In this document: positions 8,366 through 16,892 of the stretch, piece after piece
Position numbering within the stretch: the stretch's first letter is position 1
How the letters are laid out: the number at the start of each line of letters is the position of its first letter
Origin: Ralstonia phage phiRSL1
Sequence record: AB366653.2
Strand: one strand, 5' to 3'
Length of the DNA stretch: 32,000 bases
Notes under the pieces: generated by a model
The model's database searches: none
The model's input: only the letters and a program-made list of their open reading frames with translations
What the model was told of the DNA's origin: nothing
Translations under genes and position numbers: made by a program

Positions 8366-9374
8366 AGCCGCCGTTGTAACGATTCTTCATCCGGCTGGTG
8401 TCGCCATCCAGAATAGACCGCACCATCTTGCTCGTCTCGCAATGGCAATTGCTGTAGTTGGGCATGGAAATGGTGGCAAAGCCGGTCCACGGGTCTTCAG
8501 TCCAATACTTAGCGGGCACTTTGGCCTTGACCGCAGCGTTCACCAGATCACGCGTGCGGATCATCGGCTCATTCAACTTGTCGCCCTTGTACACCGCCTG
8601 CATGTGGCCATTCAGCAGCCAGTTCATGCCCTTGGTGGTGCCGGGACCAGGACTGGTGAACGTGTTGAGGTCAGGGGCGCGGCCCAACCACTTCTTGCTG
8701 TAGGACAGATCGACCAGCACTTGATTGGACATGAACGCGCCCCAGCCATGGAACGACGTGAGCGCCGCCAGACTGTCCACCATCGTAGTTTTGAAGACGT
8801 GTCGCACTTCCTTGCGTCGTTCCCAAAGCGGAGCCAGCCCAACAAATGGGATGTACTCGGCCTTCGAGCCTTCGCGCTTCGGATAGCGTGGCGGGAACAC
8901 CGAGTTGACGATGTATGCGCCGGTGATCAGCTTGTTGCCAGCTTCCTTGTAGCGAACGAGCGACTGGTAGACACGTTCTGTGTTCCAGGTTTTCACAGGC
9001 CACACGCCGTCGTCCATCAGCCGCTGCAGCGTTGGAGGCCAGTTGATGAGACGTGCCGCGCACAGCATGAACCACAGATCCGGATGGTCTTCGTACGGCT
9101 TGACGATATTGTCCACGATCCACGTGGTGCCGGGGTCCAGCTCACGATAGATGTTGGTGAACTTGGAAGCGCGCAGTACCGGGTCCGTGGTCCATGGCTT
9201 GGGCAAACCCTTCTGCCGCTTCAGGAAGATCTTGTGGCGCTCGATGATGAAGTCGGCCATGGCGTCCACGCGCTCTTCTTCCGTGCGAAGAACGCGCGGA
9301 TCGAACAAGAACTTGGCAGGCGCCTCTTCCGCCGACGCAAACAACTGCCCTTGACGCGCATCACGCTTTGCCAT
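8364..9374 (-). CDS. 5-hmdU DNA kinase helical domain / alpha-glutamyl-putrescinyl-thymine pyrophosphorylase-like protein (DNA hypermodification)
   Basis: 336 aa from ATG 9374; KPWTTDPVLRASKFTNIYRELDPGTTWIVDNI ... NKLITGAYIVN ... LAALTSFHGWGAFMSNQVLVDL ... SPGPGTTKGMNWL, characteristic of this family. Confidence 0.65.
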   Translation of the reverse strand: MAKRDARQGQLFASAEEAPAKFLFDPRVLRTEEERVDAMADFIIERHKIFLKRQKGLPKPWTTDPVLRASKFTNIYRELDPGTTWIVDNIVKPYEDHPDLWFMLCAARLINWPPTLQRLMDDGVWPVKTWNTERVYQSLVRYKEAGNKLITGAYIVNSVFPPRYPKREGSKAEYIPFVGLAPLWERRKEVRHVFKTTMVDSLAALTSFHGWGAFMSNQVLVDLSYSKKWLGRAPDLNTFTSPGPGTTKGMNWLLNGHMQAVYKGDKLNEPMIRTRDLVNAAVKAKVPAKYWTEDPWTGFATISMPNYSNCHCETSKMVRSILDGDTSRMKNRYNGG

Positions 9375-10188
9375 TCTGCTTCTCCAGTTGACGTTCAGCG
9401 GCCTCGGCACGATGGCGCCAGTACATGCACTGCTGACCGAGAGTGAAATTCCGCGGGTCCAGTTCCGCATTGTAGTGCGACAGTCCGGCGGCGCCAATGG
9501 CCATCGCATCTACGATATCTGCGTGCACGGTAAGTGCGGGCAGCACGCCTTCCATCTTGTAGCCGAACAGGTGGAAGTCGCGTTGGTAGATGTGATTCAC
9601 AAGCTGAAGCGTGTTGCGCGACAGATCGTCCATCGTAAGGCGGCGCCCGGTGTCGTACTTGGTCTGGTCCTTCGAGTGGCCCAGCCCTTCGAGCGAAGCA
9701 TCAAGGCCCAGTCGCTGACGAACATACGCCCAATCCGCCGCCAGATTCTCGTAGCGGCCGATGTAGGACGCGAACAGCTCGTTGTTCTTGTAGAAGAAGT
9801 AGTGCTGCGGACAGAAGTGGGTGTAGCGCCAGTCGAAACGCACGTTGGACGGGGTGAGATTGCGCGCAGCCCACTCGTTGAAGTCGGTGTCCGGGTCCAG
9901 CGCATGCTGGCGCTTGTGCTCGGCCCAAGCGCTGAACAGACGGTCGTAGGGGTTGCGCACAAACCCGAACTTGAAGAAGTTGCGGAACGTACGCTCAGGC
10001 CACACCGCCGGAATGTCGCCAACGCACACGTGGAACAGTTCAACCACACGCTCCAGCGCAGGCACGTATTCCTGATACGCGAGGCGATGGGGGTTGTCGT
10101 CGTATGCGAACAGCTGACGACGAATGCTGGTCCCTGCGACCTTCGGGTTGTGCAGGAACATGAAGCCGCGTTGGTTATTGATAATCAT
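9361..10188 (-). CDS. PAPS-dependent sulfotransferase family protein
   Basis: 275 aa from ATG 10188 (GTG at 10218 possible); 5'-PSB-like FLHNPKVAGTSIRRQLF and 3'-PB-like FGFVRNPYDRLFSAW. Confidence 0.75.
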   Translation of the reverse strand: MIINNQRGFMFLHNPKVAGTSIRRQLFAYDDNPHRLAYQEYVPALERVVELFHVCVGDIPAVWPERTFRNFFKFGFVRNPYDRLFSAWAEHKRQHALDPDTDFNEWAARNLTPSNVRFDWRYTHFCPQHYFFYKNNELFASYIGRYENLAADWAYVRQRLGLDASLEGLGHSKDQTKYDTGRRLTMDDLSRNTLQLVNHIYQRDFHLFGYKMEGVLPALTVHADIVDAMAIGAAGLSHYNAELDPRNFTLGQQCMYWRHRAEAAERQLEKQNGKA

Positions 10189-11083
10189 TGAGCAGGTCTC
10201 GGAGGTATTGTTTGTCACGACCTTGGAACGCGAGCTCTGCGGTCAGCAGCTTGCGGCCCTTGGCCTTGAACAGTTCGTAACGGGGAGCGTCAAGGAACAG
10301 GCTGGGCGCGCTCATAAAGTCCACGCGCAGGAACGATGCGACGTGCTGCGCCTGCTTGCCTCGACGGATGAGTCCAGGGAACATCACCATCTGGCGCAGG
10401 AACGAATCCCACACCTGCTTTACTTTACGTTCGCGCCCGGCACCCGACTTGTCGGCAGGGTCGAACGTGGTGTTCCACAGCAGACCGTAGTCCACGACCG
10501 ACGTATGGCCATTGCAAAGCACTGCCAGATTGTGGACGGTGTCAATGCCCCACAGGTCACGCGTAGCGCCGCGGTCAATCACATTGAGCAGCACATCTAC
10601 GTCGTAGCCTGCAACGTTCGTGCACTTGTGATTGATGCGCTGGGCACCCCATCGCGCCATCACGTTCTTGTGCATGAAGTAGGGACCGGCGCCCACTAGC
10701 GAATTGCCAGCCGCGAACAGACGGGGCGCAGTCTTGAGGAACCAGCGATCAGCAGCCGTGCGGTCCTTGGTGGCACCAACGAACGACCCATCTTTCTGGC
10801 GACCGTAGAACAGCAGGTCGTCCTCAATCACCATCGCCCAGCGTCCGCCCTGCTTCTGATGATGTGCGTACACACCATATCGCTTGTTGGGCAGCAGCGT
10901 GTCGTTTGGCGTGGGAAGGAAGTCCACGTGCTTGGCGTAGGGCTGACGCTTGTGTTCACGCAGCTCGTCCTTCGGACACACAACAGTCACGTGCTGCAGG
11001 ACAGCGGGCGATAGGTAGGACAGCGTCTTCTGCCGTCCCAGTCGCCCCTTGGTCAGCAGGTAGATGTGATATCGCTTATCCAT
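10175..11083 (-). CDS. TAGT-like GT-A glycosyltransferase (copy 1)
   Basis: 302 aa; YHIYLLTKGRLGRQKTLSYLSPAVLQHVTVVCPKDE ... WAMVIEDDLLFYG. Confidence 0.6.
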   Translation of the reverse strand: MDKRYHIYLLTKGRLGRQKTLSYLSPAVLQHVTVVCPKDELREHKRQPYAKHVDFLPTPNDTLLPNKRYGVYAHHQKQGGRWAMVIEDDLLFYGRQKDGSFVGATKDRTAADRWFLKTAPRLFAAGNSLVGAGPYFMHKNVMARWGAQRINHKCTNVAGYDVDVLLNVIDRGATRDLWGIDTVHNLAVLCNGHTSVVDYGLLWNTTFDPADKSGAGRERKVKQVWDSFLRQMVMFPGLIRRGKQAQHVASFLRVDFMSAPSLFLDAPRYELFKAKGRKLLTAELAFQGRDKQYLRDLLNDYQ

Positions 11084-11850
11084 TACACGAGTCCGCCGAT
11101 CTTAGCGGCGCCCCTCCAGCTAATCCGAGTGTTGGAATCCGGATGTTGGGCTGAAGGCGGCTTCTCCTTGACTACATCCGGGTGTAGCTTGATCAGCTTC
11201 TGCAGCGCCTTCGCCGCCATCTCGCGAGTGCGTTCACCTTGCAAGCCTCCAGCGGCGTCTGCCTTACGCTGGCCGACAGCCATGTCGTAGGTCACTGCTA
11301 TGCGAACACCGGCCTTCAGCAGTTGAAGCGTGTAGTCCACATCCTCGTAGGGGAAGATGCGATTCCACTTGATGGTCTTAACCGCCTTCTTGTCCATACC
11401 GAAGACGAAGCCCAGATGGAAATTCTCCTTGATACCGCCTTTGGGTGCGAACGCCTTGGTGCCGAAACCAACGCAGCGATAGTCACAGCACAGCTTGGGC
11501 AGCGTCTTGGTCCAGAAGCGGTAGGTGGCGTCGCGTGCGGTGCTGGCCACGACATGCTTCTGCTGTTCTGGGTCGAACGCATACAGATACAGGTCGTCGT
11601 CCATCATGAAGGTGAAGCGATGCGGCGACTGCAGCATGATCCACTCGCGCTTGGCGCCCAACGTCTTGATGTTGTTGGGCTGTGCCAGCACGTTGACTCG
11701 CGGATAGTTCTTGCGCAGGGCTTTCACCTCGTCCGCGGGACACACTAGGGTCACGTGCTGATGCATGCCCTTTGGCAACCGCTCCACCGTCAACTGATTG
11801 TCGACCCGGCCGCGTGTTGGTATGTACAGATGATAGTCGATCTTAGACAT
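11083..11850 (-). CDS. TAGT-like GT-A glycosyltransferase (copy 2)
   Basis: 255 aa; YHLYIPTRGRVDNQLTVERLPKGMHQHVTLVCPADEV ... FTFMMDDDLYLYA ... YEDVDYTLQLLKAG. Confidence 0.65.
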   Translation of the reverse strand: MSKIDYHLYIPTRGRVDNQLTVERLPKGMHQHVTLVCPADEVKALRKNYPRVNVLAQPNNIKTLGAKREWIMLQSPHRFTFMMDDDLYLYAFDPEQQKHVVASTARDATYRFWTKTLPKLCCDYRCVGFGTKAFAPKGGIKENFHLGFVFGMDKKAVKTIKWNRIFPYEDVDYTLQLLKAGVRIAVTYDMAVGQRKADAAGGLQGERTREMAAKALQKLIKLHPDVVKEKPPSAQHPDSNTRISWRGAAKIGGLV

Positions 11851-12565
11851 GATCGGTCTTCAGATAGGCTTCCAGTTCTTCGGGAGTGCCAAGGCAATGG
11901 AACGAGTCACGCGGCACCGGCACATTCAGCACAAGATTGTTGGTCACAATCAAGTGGTTGAGCAAGTCGCTCATGTAGATTTCTTTGGCGATCGACTTGC
12001 GAAGCAGATGGCTTGCGGCCTCTGCCGCCGCGTATCCAGAAGAGAACCAGTAGACGCCGCATCCGCTGTACGTGGGAGTCGGTGCCGTGATGGTCCGTTC
12101 GTGGATATGCGTGACGAAGTAGCCATCGGTGTGCACTGCGCTGAAGTGGCGTGCAGGCTCTTCGTTCAGGAACGTGAGCATTGCGGCGGTGGCCTTGGAT
12201 TCAGCCGCAGGACGCAGGTACGCCAGAAGATCGATCTTGGCAAACGAATCACAGTCCAAGAACAGGACGGGCGCTGCCAGATCAATAGTCGGCATCTTCA
12301 CCAGAGCGTGCAACGCCGAATGCGCAGGGCCGCGCAGCGTTTGGCACGTGCTGAGGAAGCGCAGGCCGGAAGTTCCACGCGGCAGATGACGAACAGCTTC
12401 ACCGCTGAAGATGAAGTTCACGTCCTCGGTCTTCAGTCCGTATTCGGCCAGCACATGCTCGTACATTGGGACGCCGTGTACCGGGATCATTGGCTTGGCT
12501 TGACGGTAGCCAGCAGCCGTGAAGCGGGAACCAAGTCCCGCAGCCAACATGATGATTTGGGTCAT
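11843..12565 (-). CDS. NTP-transferase (sugar-nucleotidyltransferase-like)
   Basis: 240 aa from ATG 12565; MTQIIMLAAGLGSRFTAAGYRQAKPMIPVHGVPMYEHVL, LFLDCDSF, CLGTPEELEAYL. Confidence 0.8.
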   Translation of the reverse strand: MTQIIMLAAGLGSRFTAAGYRQAKPMIPVHGVPMYEHVLAEYGLKTEDVNFIFSGEAVRHLPRGTSGLRFLSTCQTLRGPAHSALHALVKMPTIDLAAPVLFLDCDSFAKIDLLAYLRPAAESKATAAMLTFLNEEPARHFSAVHTDGYFVTHIHERTITAPTPTYSGCGVYWFSSGYAAAEAASHLLRKSIAKEIYMSDLLNHLIVTNNLVLNVPVPRDSFHCLGTPEELEAYLKTDHV

Positions 12566-12567
12566 TT

Positions 12568-14001
12568 CTATTGGATCTGGTTCAGAACTTTGCGGGCCAG
12601 TTCGACGAATCGCAACTGGCGCTGTTTGTCGTCGCTGTGGAGCGGAAGCATGCTGATGAACAACAGTCCCGTCACCGCCCACAACTCGTTGGACGAAATG
12701 CCGAAGCGCTGAGCGCCGTAACGCAAGATGGGGTCTGCCAAACCCTCCCATTCAGTGGGCAGTGGCTGCTTTGCGACTGCGTGGTCGTAGCCGATCACGG
12801 AGTGCAGAAGCTTTGCCAGCTCATAGCGAACGTCGCCATACAGCGAGGGGCGGTCCTTAGCGTCCAGCCCCCGTGGATCGAACACCAAGACACGATCCGT
12901 ACGCTGGTCCAACATGATGTTGGAGAAGCACAGGTCACCATGCATGATGGTTCGATGGTGTACCTTTGGATTCACGTTCATCGCGAACAACTGAGCCATG
13001 CCATGAAGGTCGGCCAACGGCAGATGTACGTTGCCCTCCTCTAACAGATCCAGGCGGCCCCACGTCTTCGTGACCGCAAGCTGATAGAAGTCGTTGACAT
13101 GCGCCCCCTGACACGCTTGATGCGCGTCTTCCACCCAGCACAGCGTCTGATGAAGAACGTGGGTCCACGCACGGTCGTCCAACTTGCCATACACATAGAG
13201 CTCAGCCAGCGTTGGCAGCGGCAGATACTCCATGGTGTACTCGCCGTCGTCATAGTGGACGATGCGCGGCACGTAGGTGGACAGCTTGCGTGGCAAACCC
13301 AGGAACCACTCGCGCTCTGCGTTCACCTTCTTCGTGTTGGCGCTGCGCTTGGTCAGCAGGTGGCCATCGTTGGTCAACCCGTTGAAGTGACGAGTGGTGC
13401 GGGACAGGAACTCGCGCTTGGAACTGAAGTACGTAGACAGATGCCCAAAGTCCAGCCAGTGCTCGTCGATCGAAACGTTGGGAAGGCATCCCGCCATGTG
13501 ACGCACAGCCGATTTCACCGTCTCGTAACTGTCGAGCGTGAACGTCAGCTCACTCAGGCGACACGCAAAGTACCCGGCGAACACGCTGTCCTTGTCCAGG
13601 AACTGCCAGTGGGCAGACGTACCCAAGGGATGAGAAACTACGCCCACCGACGGTTCTTTCAACCACTTGGTGACCAGCGTATCGCCCCACAGAACATGCA
13701 CACAGACGTCCGGCGCGTTCTCTTGAGCACCGATCAGGCGCAGCGCGCGACGCAACTGATAGGGCAGCGACTGATCTTCCGCCGACGGGAAGAAGTAGAC
13801 GTTGCCTCCCACGTATGGAACAGACGACATCTCGGGCCACGTCACGTAGATGTGGTGGAAGTTGTCGCCTGCTGCGTCCAACTGCAGGTCGAGCAGCGTG
13901 CGCCCGCCCACCGGCACACGGGCTGCAGGAATGGCCCCGAACAGGAACTGAAGCTCCTGATTGCATGGAGCCGATGACATGATGAGCAGGACGTTGCGCA
14001 T
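12568..14001 (-). CDS. nucleotidyltransferase-like domain fused to APH/choline-kinase-like phosphotransferase
   Basis: 477 aa; N-terminal half in the style of capsule-type NTases (DEHWLDFGHLSTYFSSKREF), C-terminal HGDLCFSNIMLDQRTDRVLVFDPRG (Brenner motif and DxD-like APH signature). Confidence 0.65.
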   Translation of the reverse strand: MRNVLLIMSSAPCNQELQFLFGAIPAARVPVGGRTLLDLQLDAAGDNFHHIYVTWPEMSSVPYVGGNVYFFPSAEDQSLPYQLRRALRLIGAQENAPDVCVHVLWGDTLVTKWLKEPSVGVVSHPLGTSAHWQFLDKDSVFAGYFACRLSELTFTLDSYETVKSAVRHMAGCLPNVSIDEHWLDFGHLSTYFSSKREFLSRTTRHFNGLTNDGHLLTKRSANTKKVNAEREWFLGLPRKLSTYVPRIVHYDDGEYTMEYLPLPTLAELYVYGKLDDRAWTHVLHQTLCWVEDAHQACQGAHVNDFYQLAVTKTWGRLDLLEEGNVHLPLADLHGMAQLFAMNVNPKVHHRTIMHGDLCFSNIMLDQRTDRVLVFDPRGLDAKDRPSLYGDVRYELAKLLHSVIGYDHAVAKQPLPTEWEGLADPILRYGAQRFGISSNELWAVTGLLFISMLPLHSDDKQRQLRFVELARKVLNQIQ

Positions 14002-14901
14002 TTACTTTGCCTTCTTCTGTTTCTGACTACTGGCGAATGCCTTCTCCCAGTAGACGATCACTTCCTTGCGGTTGATGGACCCCTTGTACTCCTTGTCCAC
14101 CACCTTGACGAACGGGTCGTGGATGGACGCCAGCTTGACCGCGGCACGGTCTGATCCCTTTACCGTACGCTCTTCGCTACAGCCGCCGTCCGAGCCGTAG
14201 TCGAGTGGATTCACAACGAAGTTGGTGAGGATCAGATTGGGGTAGCCCAGTCGCAGCAGGTGCAGCGTCACGTTGAAGTCCTCGCGGAATTTCACTTCGT
14301 CGAATCGGATGCCGTGCTTGAGCAGTGTGCGCCGATTGTGGCCGATTGCGTGCATGGCGCGTCCCACCATCTTGAAGTCGCCGCGCACATAGTTGTTCAT
14401 CAGGCGGCTGGCGATGCACGTGTGGACTACGCCCTTGTTCACCATCTGATCCTTGATGAAGTCCCAGCGACGCATCTTCTGCACGTCAGGGAACGGCTCC
14501 TTGAACAGGAAGGTGATGCCCTTGGCCTTTGCCGCGTCCGTCTGCACCCACTTGCCGCTCTTGGCACCCTGCCATTCGCGGTGCTCTTTGTTGCAGCGGC
14601 GGAAGAAGTACATGTCGTCGTCCAACTGGAAGACGTTGTCGGCGCGAACGTTCTCGATGATCCACTGGCGCTTCTTTGCGATACAGTCGACCGTGGGATC
14701 GTCCACCGCCCACACCAGCTCGTGCTTGTGCTTCTTGCGCAGGGCCTTCGCTTCATCCCAATCGCTGGCCAGCAACAGCGTTCGCTCGCGCAGTTCGGCA
14801 GGCAGCTCACGCAGCGTAACCTGACGATCGACGCGCCGATGCGTTGGGATAACCACTTGGAAGTCTTTGTCCGCCACCGGCGGGCGTCGATGTTGTGCCA
14901 T
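14002..14901 (-). CDS. TAGT-like GT-A glycosyltransferase (copy 3)
   Basis: 299 aa from ATG 14901; FQVVIPTHRRVDRQVTLRELPAELRERTLLLA ... VFQLDDDMYFFRR ... FREDFNVTLHLLRLGYPN. Confidence 0.65.
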   Translation of the reverse strand: MAQHRRPPVADKDFQVVIPTHRRVDRQVTLRELPAELRERTLLLASDWDEAKALRKKHKHELVWAVDDPTVDCIAKKRQWIIENVRADNVFQLDDDMYFFRRCNKEHREWQGAKSGKWVQTDAAKAKGITFLFKEPFPDVQKMRRWDFIKDQMVNKGVVHTCIASRLMNNYVRGDFKMVGRAMHAIGHNRRTLLKHGIRFDEVKFREDFNVTLHLLRLGYPNLILTNFVVNPLDYGSDGGCSEERTVKGSDRAAVKLASIHDPFVKVVDKEYKGSINRKEVIVYWEKAFASSQKQKKAK

Positions 14902-14902
14902 G

Positions 14903-15598
14903 TCAGTAGGTGAGTGTGAAGATGGAACGACCGTCGGCATCGGTAGTGAACGCCGAGTAGCCACGGACCAAAACGTTAAACTTGGTCACGTTATGCTCGA
15001 TGGTGGTGCCCGGCGTCATGTGCCCGCGCAGATCGAAGTGATCGACCAGCACTTCGTTCATGGTGCCAGCTTCGATGATACGCCACATATTGGTCAGGCC
15101 ATCGCTGTGCGTGTTGTAGCGGATGTAGTACGACTGATGGCCAGCCGTCACCTGATTGACGATGTCCTGCGCCACACGCTCGAAGTCTTCGGGCGTTTGC
15201 AGATATTCGTCCACCGAGTACTGGAAGGCACCAACACCCGGCTTCTGGTAGAGCTTGTTGGTGTCCGCGAATCGGCCTTCCTGGATGGTGTTCATCCACA
15301 CACTGAACACGTCGCTCACTTCCTTGAACTGGGTGAAGAATGCGCCGCGTGTTGTGCGCGTCGGACACACGAAGTCCACGATCACCCACGAGCCCTGCTC
15401 CATGACACAGCGTGCCAGTCGGCCCAGCGTCTTGGCCTGGATCACACGATCCTTCTCTTCGAACGACAAATGCGTCGTGATGTTGGCGCGCGCCCAGTCC
15501 GCGTTGAAGTGAATGGCGCTCAGACGCTTCTGAATGGCGAGGGCCAGCGTGGTCTTGCCACTGCCGGGCAAGCCTTGAATCATGATGGTCTTGGACAT
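14903..15598 (-). CDS. APS-kinase-like P-loop kinase
   Basis: 231 aa; IQGLPGSGKTTLALAIQKRL, HFNADWARANI, LSFEEKDRVIQAKTLGRLARCVMEQGSWVIVDFVCPTRTTRGAFF, TIQEGRFADTNKLYQKP. Confidence 0.7.
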   Translation of the reverse strand: MSKTIMIQGLPGSGKTTLALAIQKRLSAIHFNADWARANITTHLSFEEKDRVIQAKTLGRLARCVMEQGSWVIVDFVCPTRTTRGAFFTQFKEVSDVFSVWMNTIQEGRFADTNKLYQKPGVGAFQYSVDEYLQTPEDFERVAQDIVNQVTAGHQSYYIRYNTHSDGLTNMWRIIEAGTMNEVLVDHFDLRGHMTPGTTIEHNVTKFNVLVRGYSAFTTDADGRSIFTLTY

Positions 15599-15629
15599 GT
15601 CTGTTCCTTGTGCTTTATGATAGTCAGAC

Positions 15630-15637
15630 TATTTACT
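15630..15637 (-). promoter_or_regulatory. late-promoter-like motif AGTAAATA
   Basis: Minus CCGCAGTAAATAGTCTGA, 32 nt upstream of the first gene of the modification cassette. Confidence 0.55.
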
Positions 15638-15755
15638 GCGGAGTTATGAAGGCGAGGACAGCGAGTGCGATAAAAATGAAGACGCACGTCCAGCGTGGAA
15701 ACACACGCGCCGCGAAGATGGAAGCACTCAGGCTGTAGTAGTCGTGACGATTCAT
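15633..15755 (-). CDS. small membrane protein (40 aa)
   Basis: MNRHDYYSLSASIFAARVFPRWTCVFIFIALAVLAFITPQ; start overlaps the stop of the upstream gene. Confidence 0.45.
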   Translation of the reverse strand: MNRHDYYSLSASIFAARVFPRWTCVFIFIALAVLAFITPQ

Positions 15756-16483
15756 GATTTGATTTGGATTTCGAGATGGTCGAAGGTCAGGGTGTCCGGC
15801 AGATACAGGAGGCGTTGAATGTTGAGCGCATGGGCAGCCACACCACCCTCCAATTGAACGCCCAGGCGACCGCGGACTGGACGATCAAAGGTCAACGTAA
15901 CAGGAGCAGCATACGTGGGTGCGGTGATCTCAAATTGATGGCCGTACGGCACTGTCTCACCCTCGTGCTTCAACGGCTTGCTGCGCGGTATCCACAAAAG
16001 GCGCTCGTTTACCATCGTGTACAGTGCTGCGCTGAAGTGGGCGGCCACCGCGTCGGATTGACGCTCTGGTTTCACGGTCTGCGACACCTGCTCAGCAATC
16101 TGGTCCAAGATCTTCAGCATCAACATCAGAGTCACGGCGTCAATCAGACGCACACTTTGGCCGTTGTACAACGTCACCTGATCGTCGAAGATGACGACAC
16201 CGATACCAGCGAGCATCCCCACATAGTTGTAGCCATCTTGGAACAGCTGATCACGAACCGACTCCGATTCAGCAGGGCGCCACTTCAGCTGCGACATGAA
16301 CTGAGGGAACTTCATGCCTGCCACTCGATTGCCACTCATGATGTTGTGCAGCGCGCTGTACCATTCACTGTGGAATGGGACTTCCTCAGAGTTGAAGTAG
16401 TACACGAGCCCCGGCAGCAGGTCAGTGCGCGGGCTACGCTTGTTGGTGAGGACGAATGCGTTGGGTATCACTTGCTCTAGCAT
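15752..16483 (-). CDS. hypothetical protein (243 aa)
   Basis: ORF from ATG at 16483 (MLEQVIPNAFVLTNKRSPRTDLLPGLVYYFNSEEVPFHSEW...). Confidence 0.8.
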   Translation of the reverse strand: MLEQVIPNAFVLTNKRSPRTDLLPGLVYYFNSEEVPFHSEWYSALHNIMSGNRVAGMKFPQFMSQLKWRPAESESVRDQLFQDGYNYVGMLAGIGVVIFDDQVTLYNGQSVRLIDAVTLMLMLKILDQIAEQVSQTVKPERQSDAVAAHFSAALYTMVNERLLWIPRSKPLKHEGETVPYGHQFEITAPTYAAPVTLTFDRPVRGRLGVQLEGGVAAHALNIQRLLYLPDTLTFDHLEIQIKS

Positions 16484-16485
16484 GT

Positions 16486-16890
16486 CTATCTCTTCCTTCC
16501 GCTCATTTTGTGCCGTGCGCGCTGTTGCTGCTCGAAGCGCTTCCGGTCCTGCTGCTGTTGCCACTTGGTGTGGCGTCGTTCGTCCTCGTCCGACATGTCA
16601 GAAGCAGGGGGCTGACAGGGTTCAGCGTGGTCGATGAATCCAAAGCCACCGCCTGCAGTCAGCGTTGGGTCAATACGGAATATGTTGGAATGCTCCTCAG
16701 ACACTGGAGTGCTGGTGGTCAACACCACTTCCCCAGTACGCGCAAAGATGCGACGGGCCTCGTCATCACTGATGTCAGGAATCATAACCAACTCCGTCTG
16801 ATTGTCTTGCAGCGCTTCCTTGATCTGCTCGGTGATGTGCGCTGACAGGTCACCAAGCACTAGCACACGGCGGGGACGGTCTTCGCTCAT
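16486..16890 (-). CDS. hypothetical protein (134 aa)
   Basis: ORF in the tandem array. Confidence 0.75.
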   Translation of the reverse strand: MSEDRPRRVLVLGDLSAHITEQIKEALQDNQTELVMIPDISDDEARRIFARTGEVVLTTSTPVSEEHSNIFRIDPTLTAGGGFGFIDHAEPCQPPASDMSDEDERRHTKWQQQQDRKRFEQQQRARHKMSGRKR

Positions 16891-16892
16891 AA

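Noticed and set aside
6502-15598. Reading the cassette as a bacterial capsule/LPS locus
   Set aside because: Capsule-like enzymes are present, but the TS-family, aGPT/hmdU-kinase-like and Nmad1-like genes plus flanking phage replication genes fit phage DNA modification better; virion glycosylation cannot be excluded.
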